Assembly (NCBI GenBank): GCA_013265495.1
Contig: MU063753.1
Coordinates: forward strand, 1,345,737 to 1,409,736
Source of the DNA: Vicugna vicugna
Lineage: Eukaryota
Direction: 5' to 3'
DNA length: 64,000 nucleotides
Below are positions 1 through 12,529 of the stretch, piece after piece (position 1 is the first letter of the stretch; each line of letters begins with the position of its first letter). A model generated the notes under the pieces. That model worked only from the letters and a program-made list of their open reading frames with translations. It was not told the DNA's origin and searched no databases. The position numbers and the translations under genes are program-made.

Positions 1-1350
1 TGTAAAATGTTTATAAATAAAAAAAAAATTTAAAAAAAAAAAGGAAGGTAGTGTCTAAAAAGCATGTGAGGATTCTGACTGTGAATGTCTGAAGAGAGTG
101 GACTGACACTTCTGTCTGCCTTCAAGAACCCACCGGTTTTCACACAACTCTACCTCACTATGTGGATCTAGTAGGACACAGACACTTCTTAATCCACAGA
201 TAACATTTATATAAAGGTCTTTATACCTCAAGCCCCTTGATATTAACAAGGAAGCTCAGACAGAAGACACAGGCCTAAATGGTTTTCTTTCAGGTCTTTC
301 AGTTGGCTCATCATCCCGTATCTGGTGACTCAAAGGCTGACCCCAGCCTCATACATGAGGTGCAGTGTCCTGGGGGCCCTGCACAGAGAGGACCTTCCTT
401 TTACATGAAAAGTACTCAGCAGTTTGTGTGTGTGCCACTGAGGACTACAGCCAGAAGACCTGGGCTTCTCTCTTCAGCCACCATTTGCTCTGTGTCACTG
501 CTGTGGACACCTACTGTTTGGTCTACTCAGCATCAGTCCCATCCCAACCTTTTTTCTGAAAACCGTCTTCTCCCCCAACCCCATTCTACCATATGGTTCT
601 ACAGTGATCGGCCATGTTCTTGGGTGTCTGGTTCCATGAGCCAATAAACCCTTCTTTATACCAAAATTAATTCAAATTGGTTTTCAGTCCCTTACATATG
701 ACACCAACCTGACATGAAGTCACTTAAATACTATGAGTCTGTTTCCTCACTTGTAGAAAATACTTAAAAGATTTTTGGCAAAGACTAATGAAATATGTAA
801 CTATGTGCTGAGCTATAAATATGCACAGAGTGACTATGACAGATGTCTGATGGTGAGGATAATGGCAAGTGCTACCCAGGTGGTTTGGACGTAGCTTAAG
901 ATCACCCCTGCTGCCAGAAAAACAAGTGTCTTGCTGACTAGAAGGCAGCTACTCCACAGTGGATACCCATGGCTCATCTGTCCAGTTGCCCTTCCTCCCA
1001 CCAACCCACACATCCTACCTCTGAAAATCACTCCACCTCCATTCCACACATTTAGTTTCCATAGTAACTGCCCTATTATTTCAAGACTCCATCCCTAGCC
1101 TGGTTGATGGGCCTCAGAGTAAGTGCCAGACCCAAGCTGGGCTAATGANNNNNNNNNNNNNNNNNNNNNNNNNNNNNNNNNNNNNNNNNNNNNNNNNNNN
1201 NNNNNNNNNNNNNNNNNNNNNNNNNNNNNNNNNNNNNNNNNNNNNNNNNNNNNNNNNNNNNNNNNNNNNNNNNNNNNNNNNNNNNNNNNNNNNNNNNNNN
1301 NNNNNNNNNNNNNNNNNNNNNNNNNNNNNNNNNNNNNNNNNNNNNNNNNN

Positions 1351-1534
1351 GCAACCTTCATTCTGCTTTCTGTCTCTATTAGTTTGACTTTAGATACCTC
1401 ATGTAAGTGGAATCACACAGTATTTGTTCTTTTTTGACTGGCCTATTTAGCATAATATCCTCAAGTTTCATCCATGCTACAGTATGTGTCAGAATTTCTT
1501 TCCTTCCCCCCCCCAAATTTACTCAGTTTGAATT

Positions 1535-1565
<31 letters not shown>

Positions 1566-2045
1566 ATTTGAAGTATAGTCAATTTACAATGGAATTTCTT
1601 TTCTTCTTAAGGCTGAATAATGTTCCATTGTATGTATATATTGCATTTTGTTTAGCCACTTATCTATCGATGGACACTTGGGGGTTTTTTCAACCTTCTG
1701 GCTACTATGAATAATGCTGCTATGAACATGGATGTACAAAAATCTCTTCAAGAACCTACTTTCTGAAATTGACACAACATTGTANNNNNNNNNNNNNNNN
1801 NNNNNNNNNNNNNNNNNNNNNNNNNNNNNNNNNNNNNNNNNNNNNNNNNNNNNNNNNNNNNNNNNNNNNNNNNNNNNNNNNNNNNNNNNNNNNNNNNNNN
1901 NNNNNNNNNNNNNNNNNNNNNNNNNNNNNNNNNNNNNNNNNNNNNNNNNNNNNNNNNNNNNNNNNNNNNNNNNNNNNNNNNATTCCAATCTTTCACTTGT
2001 TATTTCCTGGTTTTCTCATAGAACCCATCCTAATGGGTGTGAGAT
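1351..2045 (-). mobile_element. Old LINE-1 3' fragment interrupted by two younger L1 3'-end insertions and a gap
   Basis: Typical antisense L1 3' sequence (gatacctcatgtaagtggaatc; cactatctatcgatggacacttggg). Young L1 termini at about 1568-1590 (-) and 1763-1784 (+). Confidence 0.75.
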
Positions 2046-4149
2046 GTCCTGACACCTTTGAACTTAGAACCAGAGAAAGCATCAGCATCATCTCTGTCAG
2101 ATGTAAAAGCTGGAAGATGTAAAGCTTAGGTGACACTGGTGGCCCTGTCTCCCACCACATACAGAAAGCCAGTTTGCAGAGAGAAAAGTGAGTGAGGGAG
2201 ACCCCACAATACCACAGTAGGTGGTACTGGTTGTACCTGGGGCCTTGATGCTTTTCTGTCCTTAAATTTGATGAGACATCTCAGTAACCTTATCATAAAT
2301 TCACCTTTTTGCTTAAGCTAGTTTGAGGCTGGCTTGTTTCATTTATAACTGTAAGTCTTACCTAACATAAACACCTTAGTAGAAGAGTTAGTTCTTCAGG
2401 CATCATTTTTGCTTTTTCTTGACTCCTTATATATAGATGGAATATAAATAATCTGTACATTTAAAAAGCCCTAAGGGAATGCCTTTGGAGAAGTAAAGCA
2501 TAATGGTTAGGGCATAGGTATGTAGTCAGCCCAAATTGGCTTCAAATCCTAGCCCAAGAAATGTGTACCAAGTGCCTTTCAAGCAGCGGGTCCCTTGGAG
2601 GTGCCAGGGATAAAGCAGTTAACAGTGGACAAAAATCCCTGTCCTCACAGAACTTTCTCTAGAGTCCTCAGCAAATATTTGCATGCCGACTCTGTGCCAG
2701 CCATCATTAAGCTCTCTGAATATGTATGCCTATTTATAAAATGGGGATAACAAATTGCCTTGTTCATTTGTTTAAAGGAATCATTATAAGGTATGCATGT
2801 GCTTAACACAAAATGCCTGACACACAGCAAAGCACTCAGACGTGAAGCCGTGTCTTATCTAAATGCGTCTTAGTATATGCTAGGTACCCACCACGTGACC
2901 TGCAAGAGAGCATGAGCACACATGTGATATGTGCTGTGCCGAGCAATGAGGCCGCAAAAGAACACGGTGAGTAAGAATACAGACTTTGGAGCCACCCACC
3001 TGGTTTCAAATCCCAGCTTGCCCTCAGGAAAATCACTTAATTCTTCTACTTGGTTTCCTCAACCGAAAAACAGAGCTAACAACAACAACGATGAAATCAC
3101 CTCATAAGGCTGCTGTGAAGACTAAATGAGCGTGTAAAGAGTACATGTAAAGTACTCAGAACATGCCTGGCACATGGTACCATATAAAAATACACACTAA
3201 TATCATGTAAAACTGCTACAGGAAAACACAGGAAGGAGAAACGAAGCCTTCCTAGAGGAGCCAAGGAGAGGCCACCAGGTCTGGGCCTCGAAGGGTGTGC
3301 AGGAATTCACTGGGTGAAAAGCTGGGCAAAGGGCACTTCAGGTGAATGAGACAGTTCCAGCAAATGAGCTAACCCACGAAGAAACATGTGCATTAAAAAA
3401 CAACAGCGACTCACAGCTGAAGCCTAGCTGGGTGACAAAGCCTAAGGCACCATTTTTGGCCATGAGCACTGTGGACCACCAAACTTGTCAGTTTTAAGTC
3501 AGAGCTTGCCGTGATAACTTTTGGGAACTGACACCATACCATAAACCAACACTTTAGTAGCATTAACAATTTTTTCCCCAATGAAGCAAATAAATCCAAT
3601 TTATACCTTCCACTTACTGCGCATTGCAGTGCCAAACACTATGCTGCTTTCAAAAGGACCTCGTTTAATCCTTTCAACGTCCCCTGGAATGGAGGTAATA
3701 ACTCGTAAGAGGAAACTCAGGCTGCTTGAGCAATTTTCCCAGGGATGCACAGACAACATAATAGATAGGAAAGCCTTCAGCTGCAGGTACACGTAACAAT
3801 TTCTTTCTTCTTTTTCCCACATCAAAAGAAGTCTGGAGGTAGATGGTTACGGCCCTTTGCTCAGGTATTCTGCAATGCCGTCAAAATACCTTCTATCTTT
3901 CCTCCCCACCATCTTTAGAGTGTTAGCCATTGGCCCTAAGGCTCATTCAGTCTCATGTGCACTGTTATACCTTTTTATTATCATCTTAAAATCTTACCAG
4001 CCAAGATTTTGTCAATCTTTACATTGTGAAATATTTCAGAGGTCAGCTCATACAACTCACTGATATCACAGATGGAGAAATTAGAGATTTGCCCCTAGCA
4101 AGCTATCAGAGCTAATTAGTTAAACCAGTGTTCTTTCCACAAGACTAAT

Positions 4150-4621
4150 TTAGTGGAGACTGCGAGTTGCCCACCAAAATCTGTTCTTCCATCCTTTCTT
4201 GGCACATGGTTTGACTGCATTTCTCAGCCTCTTTTGCAGGTAGGTGTGGCCATATGACTAAGTTCTTGCCAACGCGAAGTGAGCAAAAGTATGCGTGCTG
4301 CTGCAAGGTCCAGGCCTTAAGGCATCTGGTGTGCCTCCTCCATGCTCTTTGTCCCCTTCCCACCAGTGATGACCTAACTTCAACCAGGTAGGTGCTGACA
4401 ATGCCCCCCAGAGAGGGGAGAAGCAACATGATATAGGGAATCTGTGTCCCTGAATGACCGCTTGGAGCAGAGCTGCCCCACTGACCTTGACCGCTCACTT
4501 CGGAAATGTTAACTCCCCTCAGAGTTGTTACATGAGAAGGAAACAAACTTCTTTGTTCTTGAAGCCACTGTATTGTTGAGTCTCTTTGTTACGGCAGCTT
4601 AGCCTTTTACCCTAACTCATA
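4150..4621 (+). mobile_element. MaLR solo LTR (MLT1 family)
   Basis: ttctcagcctcttttgcaggtaggtgtggccatatgactaagttcttgccaa and terminal gtctctttgttacggcagcttagcc...cctaactcata. Confidence 0.7.
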
Positions 4622-6136
4622 TAACCATGCAGAGTCCTTTGCACAGACTCAGAATAGCTTTACAAATAACCAGTTAGCCATCTTTTCAGAAAACAGCCCT
4701 AACTGCCCAAGTAGGTGACAATCAAACAATGAAATTCCTTCTTGTGACTACCATCCCAAGATTTCTTCATCCTAGTTAAAGGCTATTTAATGACTGAAGC
4801 ATATTATTTATGTAGAAACCCATTTAACTCTGATGTTTTCACGTAATCAATTCAACAAATATTTGACTTTCTAGACACTAAGGATATATAGAGAGGTTCC
4901 TGCATTCATAAAAGCTTACTTTCTAGTGTTTCCGTTTTTTTTTAATGTTGTGCTGTGTTTTAAGCAGAAAAAAAATTCTTTTTGTAGAATGTGAAACTTA
5001 AGAATAAAAATAATTACTGAGAATTACAAAGGCTCAAACCATGTACCTAGACTATACATGAAATGTTCTCTTGCTAAGCCCTAAAAAATAAGCCAAATAT
5101 TTTAAAGACTAAGCAGCCATTTCTCTTTCCAAGGTTGAAGTATTTCCTACCTACTTAAAATAGCACTGTCGGAACTGCAAAAAGTGTCTAACGCCTAGTT
5201 AAGATTTTTACTTCATCTGCCAATTATCTCTCAATAAAACTGAGGGGAGAAAGATTTTTACTGACAGAGGTAGATGGACCTAATAGCTTACTGAGTGTTG
5301 GAATTCATTTCCAAAGCCATTTAGATAGCACTGCCATAGACTGGAGACTCTGGTTACCGGGACTGAAGGGCTCTGCTTATCTGGTGATTATCTGAGGCCA
5401 GATGGTACAAAATGGCACTCCTCATCCTCACTTCAGGCTGAACAAAATGCCCAAAGCTAGTCCTTTCCTGCTCTCAAAGGAAATTTGGTATGAGATTTAG
5501 TAGCTGAGTGAGAGAGGAGACTTGAGGTTTGTGCCAGCTTTGCCACAACTTGCTCTGTGACTGCGGAACATCTGCATTTTGGGTCTTAGTTTCTCCACCT
5601 GTACAAGAAGGTGCAAAGGATCCTTTCATCTCTACATTTATGACAATCACTAGGCAGAACTACTTCCTTCCCTACACACAACAGCAAAGTCATTCAGAGG
5701 GCAGCAGGCAGACGAAGGGAGATCTACCTACCTCAGGGCAGTGCCTCAGATCACGGTACCAAGGAGATTCCCAGTGAATGTTCTGCCTTCCCCAGGTTCT
5801 CTGCTGCTGGTAAGAGAATTTTATCTTGCTGAATCTACAGCTTCTAAGAATAGGGGAAGTGGGCACAGCCACACTGCCTTAAATATTGGGCATTTTGATT
5901 TTTTCTTTCAAGAAACCCCTGATTTCCAACTGCCACAGGGATAGCAAATGAGCTCAATGAGAAGCTGCTGCTCCAGGTATTTCAGATGGATGGATTAAAG
6001 ACTTTTTAAGGAAGGATTATTGAAACTAGTTTTTCCTGCTTCTCCACTGAAACCTTTTTTAAGCTTTAAAACTTATTTAGCAACTTGAATAAAGAGCACC
6101 TCAGAGACTAACATTTCTGCTTAAAACCTGCCAGCT

Positions 6137-7160
6137 TAACATGAAAAGATGCTCAACATCACTAAGTGTCAGAGAAATGCAAATCAAAACTACAATGAGG
6201 TATCACCTCACACCAGTCAGAATAGCCATCATTAAAAAGTCCACAAATGATAAATGCTAGAGTGTGGAGGAAAAGGAACCCTCCAATACTATTAGTGGGC
6301 ATGTAAAATGGTGCAGCCACTATGGAGGACAGTATGGAGGTCCCTTAAAAAACTAAAAATAAACTTACCATATGATCCAGCAATCCCACTCCTGGGCATA
6401 TATCTGGAGGAAAATATAATTCAAAAAGACACATGCATGCAGGGGGGTGGAGGGTGGGAAGGGATAGACTGGGATTTCAAAATTGTAGAATAGATAAACA
6501 AGAGTATACTGTATAGCACAGGGAATCACAGAGGAAAAAAATGTGATAATGAGTGTGTATATGTCCATGTATGACTGAAAAATTGTGCTGAACACTAGAA
6601 TTTGACACATTGTAAAATGATTATAAATCAATAAAAAATGTTAAAAAAAAAAAGACACATGCACCCCAATGTTTACAGCAGCACTATTTACAATAGCCAA
6701 GACATGGAAACAACCCAAATGTCCATTGACAGATGACAGGATAAAAACGTGGTATATATATGTGCAACGGAATACTATTCAGCCATAAAAAGAATAAAAT
6801 AATGCACTGCAGCAACATGGTTGGACCTGGAGATTGTCATTCTAAATGAAGTAAATCAGAAAGAGAAAGAAAAAATATCATATGGTATCACTTACATGTG
6901 GCATCTAAAAAAAAGGATACAAATCAATTTATCTACAAAACAGAAAGACTCACAGAGAACAAACTTACAGTTACCAGGGGGTAAAAGGGGTGGGAAGGGA
7001 CAAACTGGGAATTCAAAATTTGCACCTCCTGGGGAGTGATAGAAATGTTAGCTATCTTGATTGTGGTGGTTGTTTACATCTATCAAAATTCATCAAATTG
7101 TACAATTGAAATATGTGTAGTTTATTGCACAGGAATTATACCACAATAAAGGTGTTAAAA
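6137..7160 (+). mobile_element. LINE-1 3' fragments (ORF2 C-terminal remnant and 3' UTR) with a nested younger L1 at 6438-6648
   Basis: aacatgaaaagatgctcaacatcact...caaatcaaaactacaatgag; the [10 protein letters not shown]...[11 protein letters not shown] peptide is the L1 ORF2 C-terminus. Confidence 0.9.
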
Positions 7161-7751
7161 TAAACAAACAAACAAACAGCCAGTTTAACACAATGCTCAA
7201 CAGCTTTAACTCTGAATTCTGTGGCCTCACCTCAATTTCAGCTTTGCCACTTACTAGCTGGATGCCTTGACTGAGCCCATTTCCAGACTGGTTAACACAT
7301 ACAGAAACAGCACCTCTCTCCCAGGGCTGTGTGAGAAGCTAACACACGTAAACTGCATGGTCCTGCTTGGCTCACAATAAGTACTCATCTCCACTTCTGA
7401 GGAGAAGATGCAGCTTCCCACCCCATTAGCTCCAGAAGTAGTTAGTAAACCCAGAAAATTACACCATGTTTAACTGCAAGGAATAAGATGAGGTGGGTAC
7501 AATGACATTTTCTTCTTTGACCAGAGAACACATTTATCCTTGAGATTCAGATCAGTTAACATAGGTAAGGCTCAATAAAACTCAAAGGTGCCCAGGATAT
7601 CCCATAGACTAGGAATGGAGGGAGAGGAGAAGACACTGAAGTTGAGAACCCCATCTTTCCAGATCACATGGTACTATGTGCAGTCTTGGCCCCAGACTCT
7701 GACCCCAGCATCCTGCTGTGCCACACCACGTACCTTGACACATGCCTCCCA

Positions 7752-7779
7752 ACACACACACACACACACTCTCTCTCTC
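7752..7779. repeat. Compound (AC)9(TC)5 microsatellite
   Basis: Read directly. Confidence 0.9.
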
Positions 7780-8928
7780 CTCGCCCCCCCCCATACGAAG
7801 GTGGGGCAGGGCCACAGATTACTTGCACTTACAGTAAAGTGTCCTTTCTTTGCAGCCCTTATTCCAGCTGTAATTCTGTAATCATTTGATCAATGTGGAC
7901 TTTATTGATCACTGAATTCCCAGAGTCTAGCACAGAACCTGGCACATAATTCTAAAATATCTGCTAGCTGAATGAAAGGACTGGTCATAGCTTGAGAATT
8001 CCTCAGAGGCTGGTTTTGGCTTAACTCCCGACATCTGAATGAAATTCAGTACACGAAGATGAGTGAACCCCGCTTATGGCCTAGGATCAACTAGGGGACC
8101 TTCAGGTGGGTGGTAAAGAACAGAAGCAGACCTGCCAGAGGAGGCAGGAGAAACTCATGTATACCCAGGTATTGCCAACAGGTAAGGTGACAGAAGAAGA
8201 TGGTATGTGCTATTTGCTATCTTTTAGGTAAGGGGAAAAAATAAGAATACGTATTTATATTTCTTTGTATTTACTTAAAAAAAACCTCAAGAGAAACTGT
8301 AAGTGATCTTCTATGGGAGAAGAAGGGGATGGAGGTAGGAATAAGATTTTTCAATGAATGTCTGTCTTTTTATATCATTTTGATTTTTGAACTACGTAAA
8401 AACAAATCTAGTGAAAAAACTTTTTTTTTTAAATATTAGAAGAAAACCAAACGGTGGGTCAATCAAGCCTGGTAGTTCTTTTACTTTACCCTCTCCTTGT
8501 ATGCATAGCTAACAATACACTCACTAAGAATTGCTTTTTTTAAGGTCCAGCAGAAATGCTCCTTCTTTCGTGATCTCTCACCTTTTCCTTCCAAAGTGAA
8601 ATTCTACACAGCTCTTATGGCCTTTGATATTCTCCTACCTAAATAATGTTTAATTTTACGTTACATTCATTATATACATATACTCACACTGTTGGTAGCT
8701 CAGGTCACTCCAGTAAGAGAGCTTCAACTAGAAATAACAAATCTCCAATAAAAGACTCTCTCCAGATGTCTTTCAGGAATAAACATTTGCTAAAAAAATA
8801 AATCGACAGCATATTAAATGTTAACTTTGAGAAGAAGTTCTCATGTTGAAAACAAAGCATACTGTACATAAGCTAGACATGAACATAAACATTTTTTCAG
8901 GACTAGAAGGGCTCCTGCAAATTTTCTC

Positions 8929-8934
8929 TTTATT
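8929..8934 (-). terminator. TRIT1: Candidate TRIT1 poly(A) signal AATAAA
   Basis: tttatt on + at 8929-8934, about 580 nt past the stop codon. A U/GU-rich stretch follows on the minus strand (TGTTTATGTTC near 8881-8891). Confidence 0.65.
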
Positions 8935-9509
8935 TAACTTTCAATAAAAATATAGATTTTTAACTCAATAAAAAGCAGCGATTATCACCCAGGAGGAACT
9001 CAACAAATGTCAGTCTTCAGTTTTCAAGTCCCATGTTACGACCACCTCAGTCTGAGTCTCTGCTCGATGGAATTCCAAAAACTGGTTTGGTTTCACTTGA
9101 TTATCTCACTGGGGCTGCTCCTTTCCTGCCATTCATTCAAATCCAGAACTGCTGAATTGTGGTTCACAATAACTCAGTCATCTGTAACAGTGTCTGGAAT
9201 TAGATTATTTCCAGCCAGAGTCAGGGACATAAAACTTCTTTTTTAAGGGATACAGTGAATCCTGGTACTCATCACCAAAAGATCAAGTGTAAAAAGTACA
9301 ATCTGTGCCTCTTTTAAAAATAGAACCTTTAAAGTTAAAAGGAAAAAGAATCCCTTCCGAACTCATCATTACCAGACCAGACACATCAGCTACACAAGGA
9401 GCTAACAAGACCTGCTGTTTCCATGACAGAACATGAGACTTTAAAGCCACATCACTGAATGAAAGAACTGGATCCCTATCACCTTTGCAAAGGCCACTGG
9501 ACAAGTCCC

Positions 9510-9679
9510 TTAAATGCTGGATTTCAGCTCTTCATCATTCTGCCCTAGAGATCCCTTTTCTTTAAGCTCTTCATCACGGTCTGGGGAAATACTCTGACTT
9601 TCAATGGTGGTGATGGCATCTGAGTCCAATCTTCTTCTTTTCTTCAGCTGGTGCAAGTGGGATTTGGATTTCACATGTG
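9510..9679 (-). CDS. TRIT1: TRIT1 exon 11 (last coding exon): (A)[20 protein letters not shown]...LKSSI*
   Basis: Acceptor gtcttag|CACATG; TAA stop at 9510-9512; completes the zinc finger C-x2-C...H-x5-H. Confidence 0.96.
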
Positions 9680-11951
9680 CTAAGACAAAACAAAACAAAA
9701 CGAAAGTATTTTCTAGAATTAATCCTAGATTAATTAGATGATTAATCCTAATCATACAAAATTAACTATACAATCCCTTTCTTTAATAATAACAGGATCA
9801 ACACATGTATTGGTATAGCTGCTTAGCATTTTAAGAGAAGACTAAGTCATATGGCCAGCTAGCTAGCAAACTAGAGTGAGCTACCATGTATCAAGTACAC
9901 TTGCTAAGTGCCTTATATCACTGATCCTCACAACAATCTTGCAGGAGAGTAGTATTCAGCTCATTTTATACCGGATGAAACTGACGTTCACAAAGGTCTT
10001 ATATTTTGTCCAAGGTCATACAGGAGGTAAGCTCTTCAACTTACCTATAGGTCAAAAAGAGACCCAGTTTTCCAGAACAGGGCTCTAGACTTAATTTCCC
10101 TATATGGGGCTGCCTGTCAGATATATCTCAGCTCACCTGACTCAGAAGTTACAAATCCAAATTCTTGTCTGTATTGCAGGACAGATGTTCAGGCCTACAG
10201 TACTCAGAGCTATCCTTCTCACTTCTTACCTGCTCACACAGGTTGCCCCTCCTGGTCTGACATCCCTATGCCTGGGTCAGATAAGCTATCTGAATGACTA
10301 GCCCACAAGGCTTACATTCTCCAGCACATAATGCTCCAGAGAGAAAACACTAAGTATACTTCTCTGATGGTTCCTTTTGAGGTTCCACAGAAGTAGTAAA
10401 GTTGAAAAGCTACTGTTGGCTGATATCAGTTTCTCACCTCTCATCCCAAAGATAGTTCCCAGCTTCTGACTAATTTATACAAGCTCCTTTTTACTACCCT
10501 GTTCTTTTTCAAGGAAAATCTAAAGAGGTTTCATTTGGAAACACCTAAAGAGCTAGACAATGAAATTAAATTCTCTTTTATACGTATTTAAAACATCTTT
10601 TTTAGGAATTTAGAAGCAGAAACAGGCAAGAAAGAGTTTAGAAGTCAAAGAAAAGTTTCCTTGAGAGAAAAAGTCTGCTTTGTTTTCCAGCTAGAGCCTA
10701 AGGCCAAAAAAAAAAAAAAAAAAAAAAAAGGCCTTCTGGACTGGCTCTCCACGGCAGCAGGAGATAGGGGTAAGGACTTGACAGATGGCACTATAGAAGG
10801 GCTTACACAAGCTAAGCTCACAAAGGCTCACAAATGTTGCTTCTCTGAGGCTATCCCTGAAGAACATTCGACAAATCGAACCACTAAGTTTCCTTTAGAA
10901 AAAACAATCAGACACTCTCTCTTCCCCTTCCATCATTATACACCAACGATAATCGAGGCTTCTTCTGCTGCTTGGGCGATCACAGCCGTCTCCAGTCTCT
11001 GACAATGGAGTTCATTTTGCCAGAGTTAACAGTTAATAGAACTAATCGTTCTATTGGCTGGTATAGAGAGAAAAATCTACTTCTATGAGAATCCCACGCA
11101 AAGCAGGGCTCTAAACAGAAGGGTTCCAGCCGCTGGGTAAAATACAAGCCCTACTTGTGCCTAAAAGGAGTGAGCCTTAAACAAGCTTCTAAATACAATG
11201 TAAATTCAAAGCCTAGAGGCTAAGGCCCTTTTGGGGTTTGACTGGATGACTGAAGAAATCCGACAGGGGAGAGCAATGTGACCCTGCGGCAAAGACAGAT
11301 CCAAGCTCTGAAACCAGGAACAAGAACCCTGGTGCAATGTCAATCCTGGGTTGGTCCGGAATGCCTTATGAAGGAGATGGTACCCTCTGACCACCTTCCT
11401 TAGGTGTGTCTGACAGTCTTGCTTTCACACAGTTTCTCTCAACACTTTTCATCACAGTTTTAGCAACCAACACCATTTCAATGTATTACCTTAAAAATTA
11501 GTGAAAAGACACCACTTTTGAAGAATGTACTCAGGAGGAGTTACTCCACTTCCTGTTCCCTCCCTGCTGTTTCTGCTTCATTGGTCTCTTGGGTGAGCTG
11601 CCTGGCTTCCCTTACCAGCCTACTTCACCTTCAATGAGGTCTAAACATGAGAGGCCAAGAAACTCCTCTAAGGCAGAATCATGAAAGTCAGCTCTGGAAA
11701 GTTAACTGCAGACCTCTCAGTATAAAATATCTACTTTAGCAGCAGCTAGAGAGCATATGATCTTCCTCTGAAATTCTGAATACAAAGATAACTCTCCTGT
11801 TTGGGAAGGCCTCCATGAAATTTGAATACAGGCTCTTAGAGGAGGAATCTTTTTCAAATAGGCAGACTCCAGCATACCAAAGACCTTAAATTTCATAAAG
11901 TCAGTGTGACCCACCCTTACAGATTTTTCTGTGCCCTACCCCAGACTCTAC

Positions 11952-12069
11952 CTGCCCATTCACGGTCCCCAATGATGATTCGATCACAGAGGTCACACAT
12001 GTGATAACTTCTCTTGTTCTCAGTTTCATTGCTTGGCATCTTTACTGGAGCGGCTGCAGGCTTCTGGCC
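11952..12069 (-). CDS. TRIT1: TRIT1 exon 10: [39 protein letters not shown]
   Basis: ttcttttag|GGCCAG acceptor, GCAG|gtagag donor, 118 nt. Confidence 0.96.
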
Positions 12070-12331
12070 CTAAAAGAACAAGGCACGGATGGGAAGAAGC
12101 ATTTGATTCAAAGAGATTTGGATATCATTCTCTGATGAGCAGTGAGATTTTCCCAAGATTCCCTTTTCTCAACCCAGAGAGCAGGTGGGCTATGAACAGA
12201 TTTTAACAACAACCTTTCCAAATGTGAAAGTATAAACACAGCCTCCAGGGATCTAAAAGCAGCCAGCCCTTCTGCTCTATTCCATGGAAAAAAGGCTTGG
12301 TTCCTCGACACAGCAAAAAAGATGTCAGCTA

Positions 12332-12529
<198 letters not shown>

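Noticed and set aside
1095-2122. ORF-track entries with long X runs (also near 39.1-39.4 kb, 54.5-54.8 kb and 57.4-57.8 kb)
   Set aside because: Artefacts of translating through N gaps.
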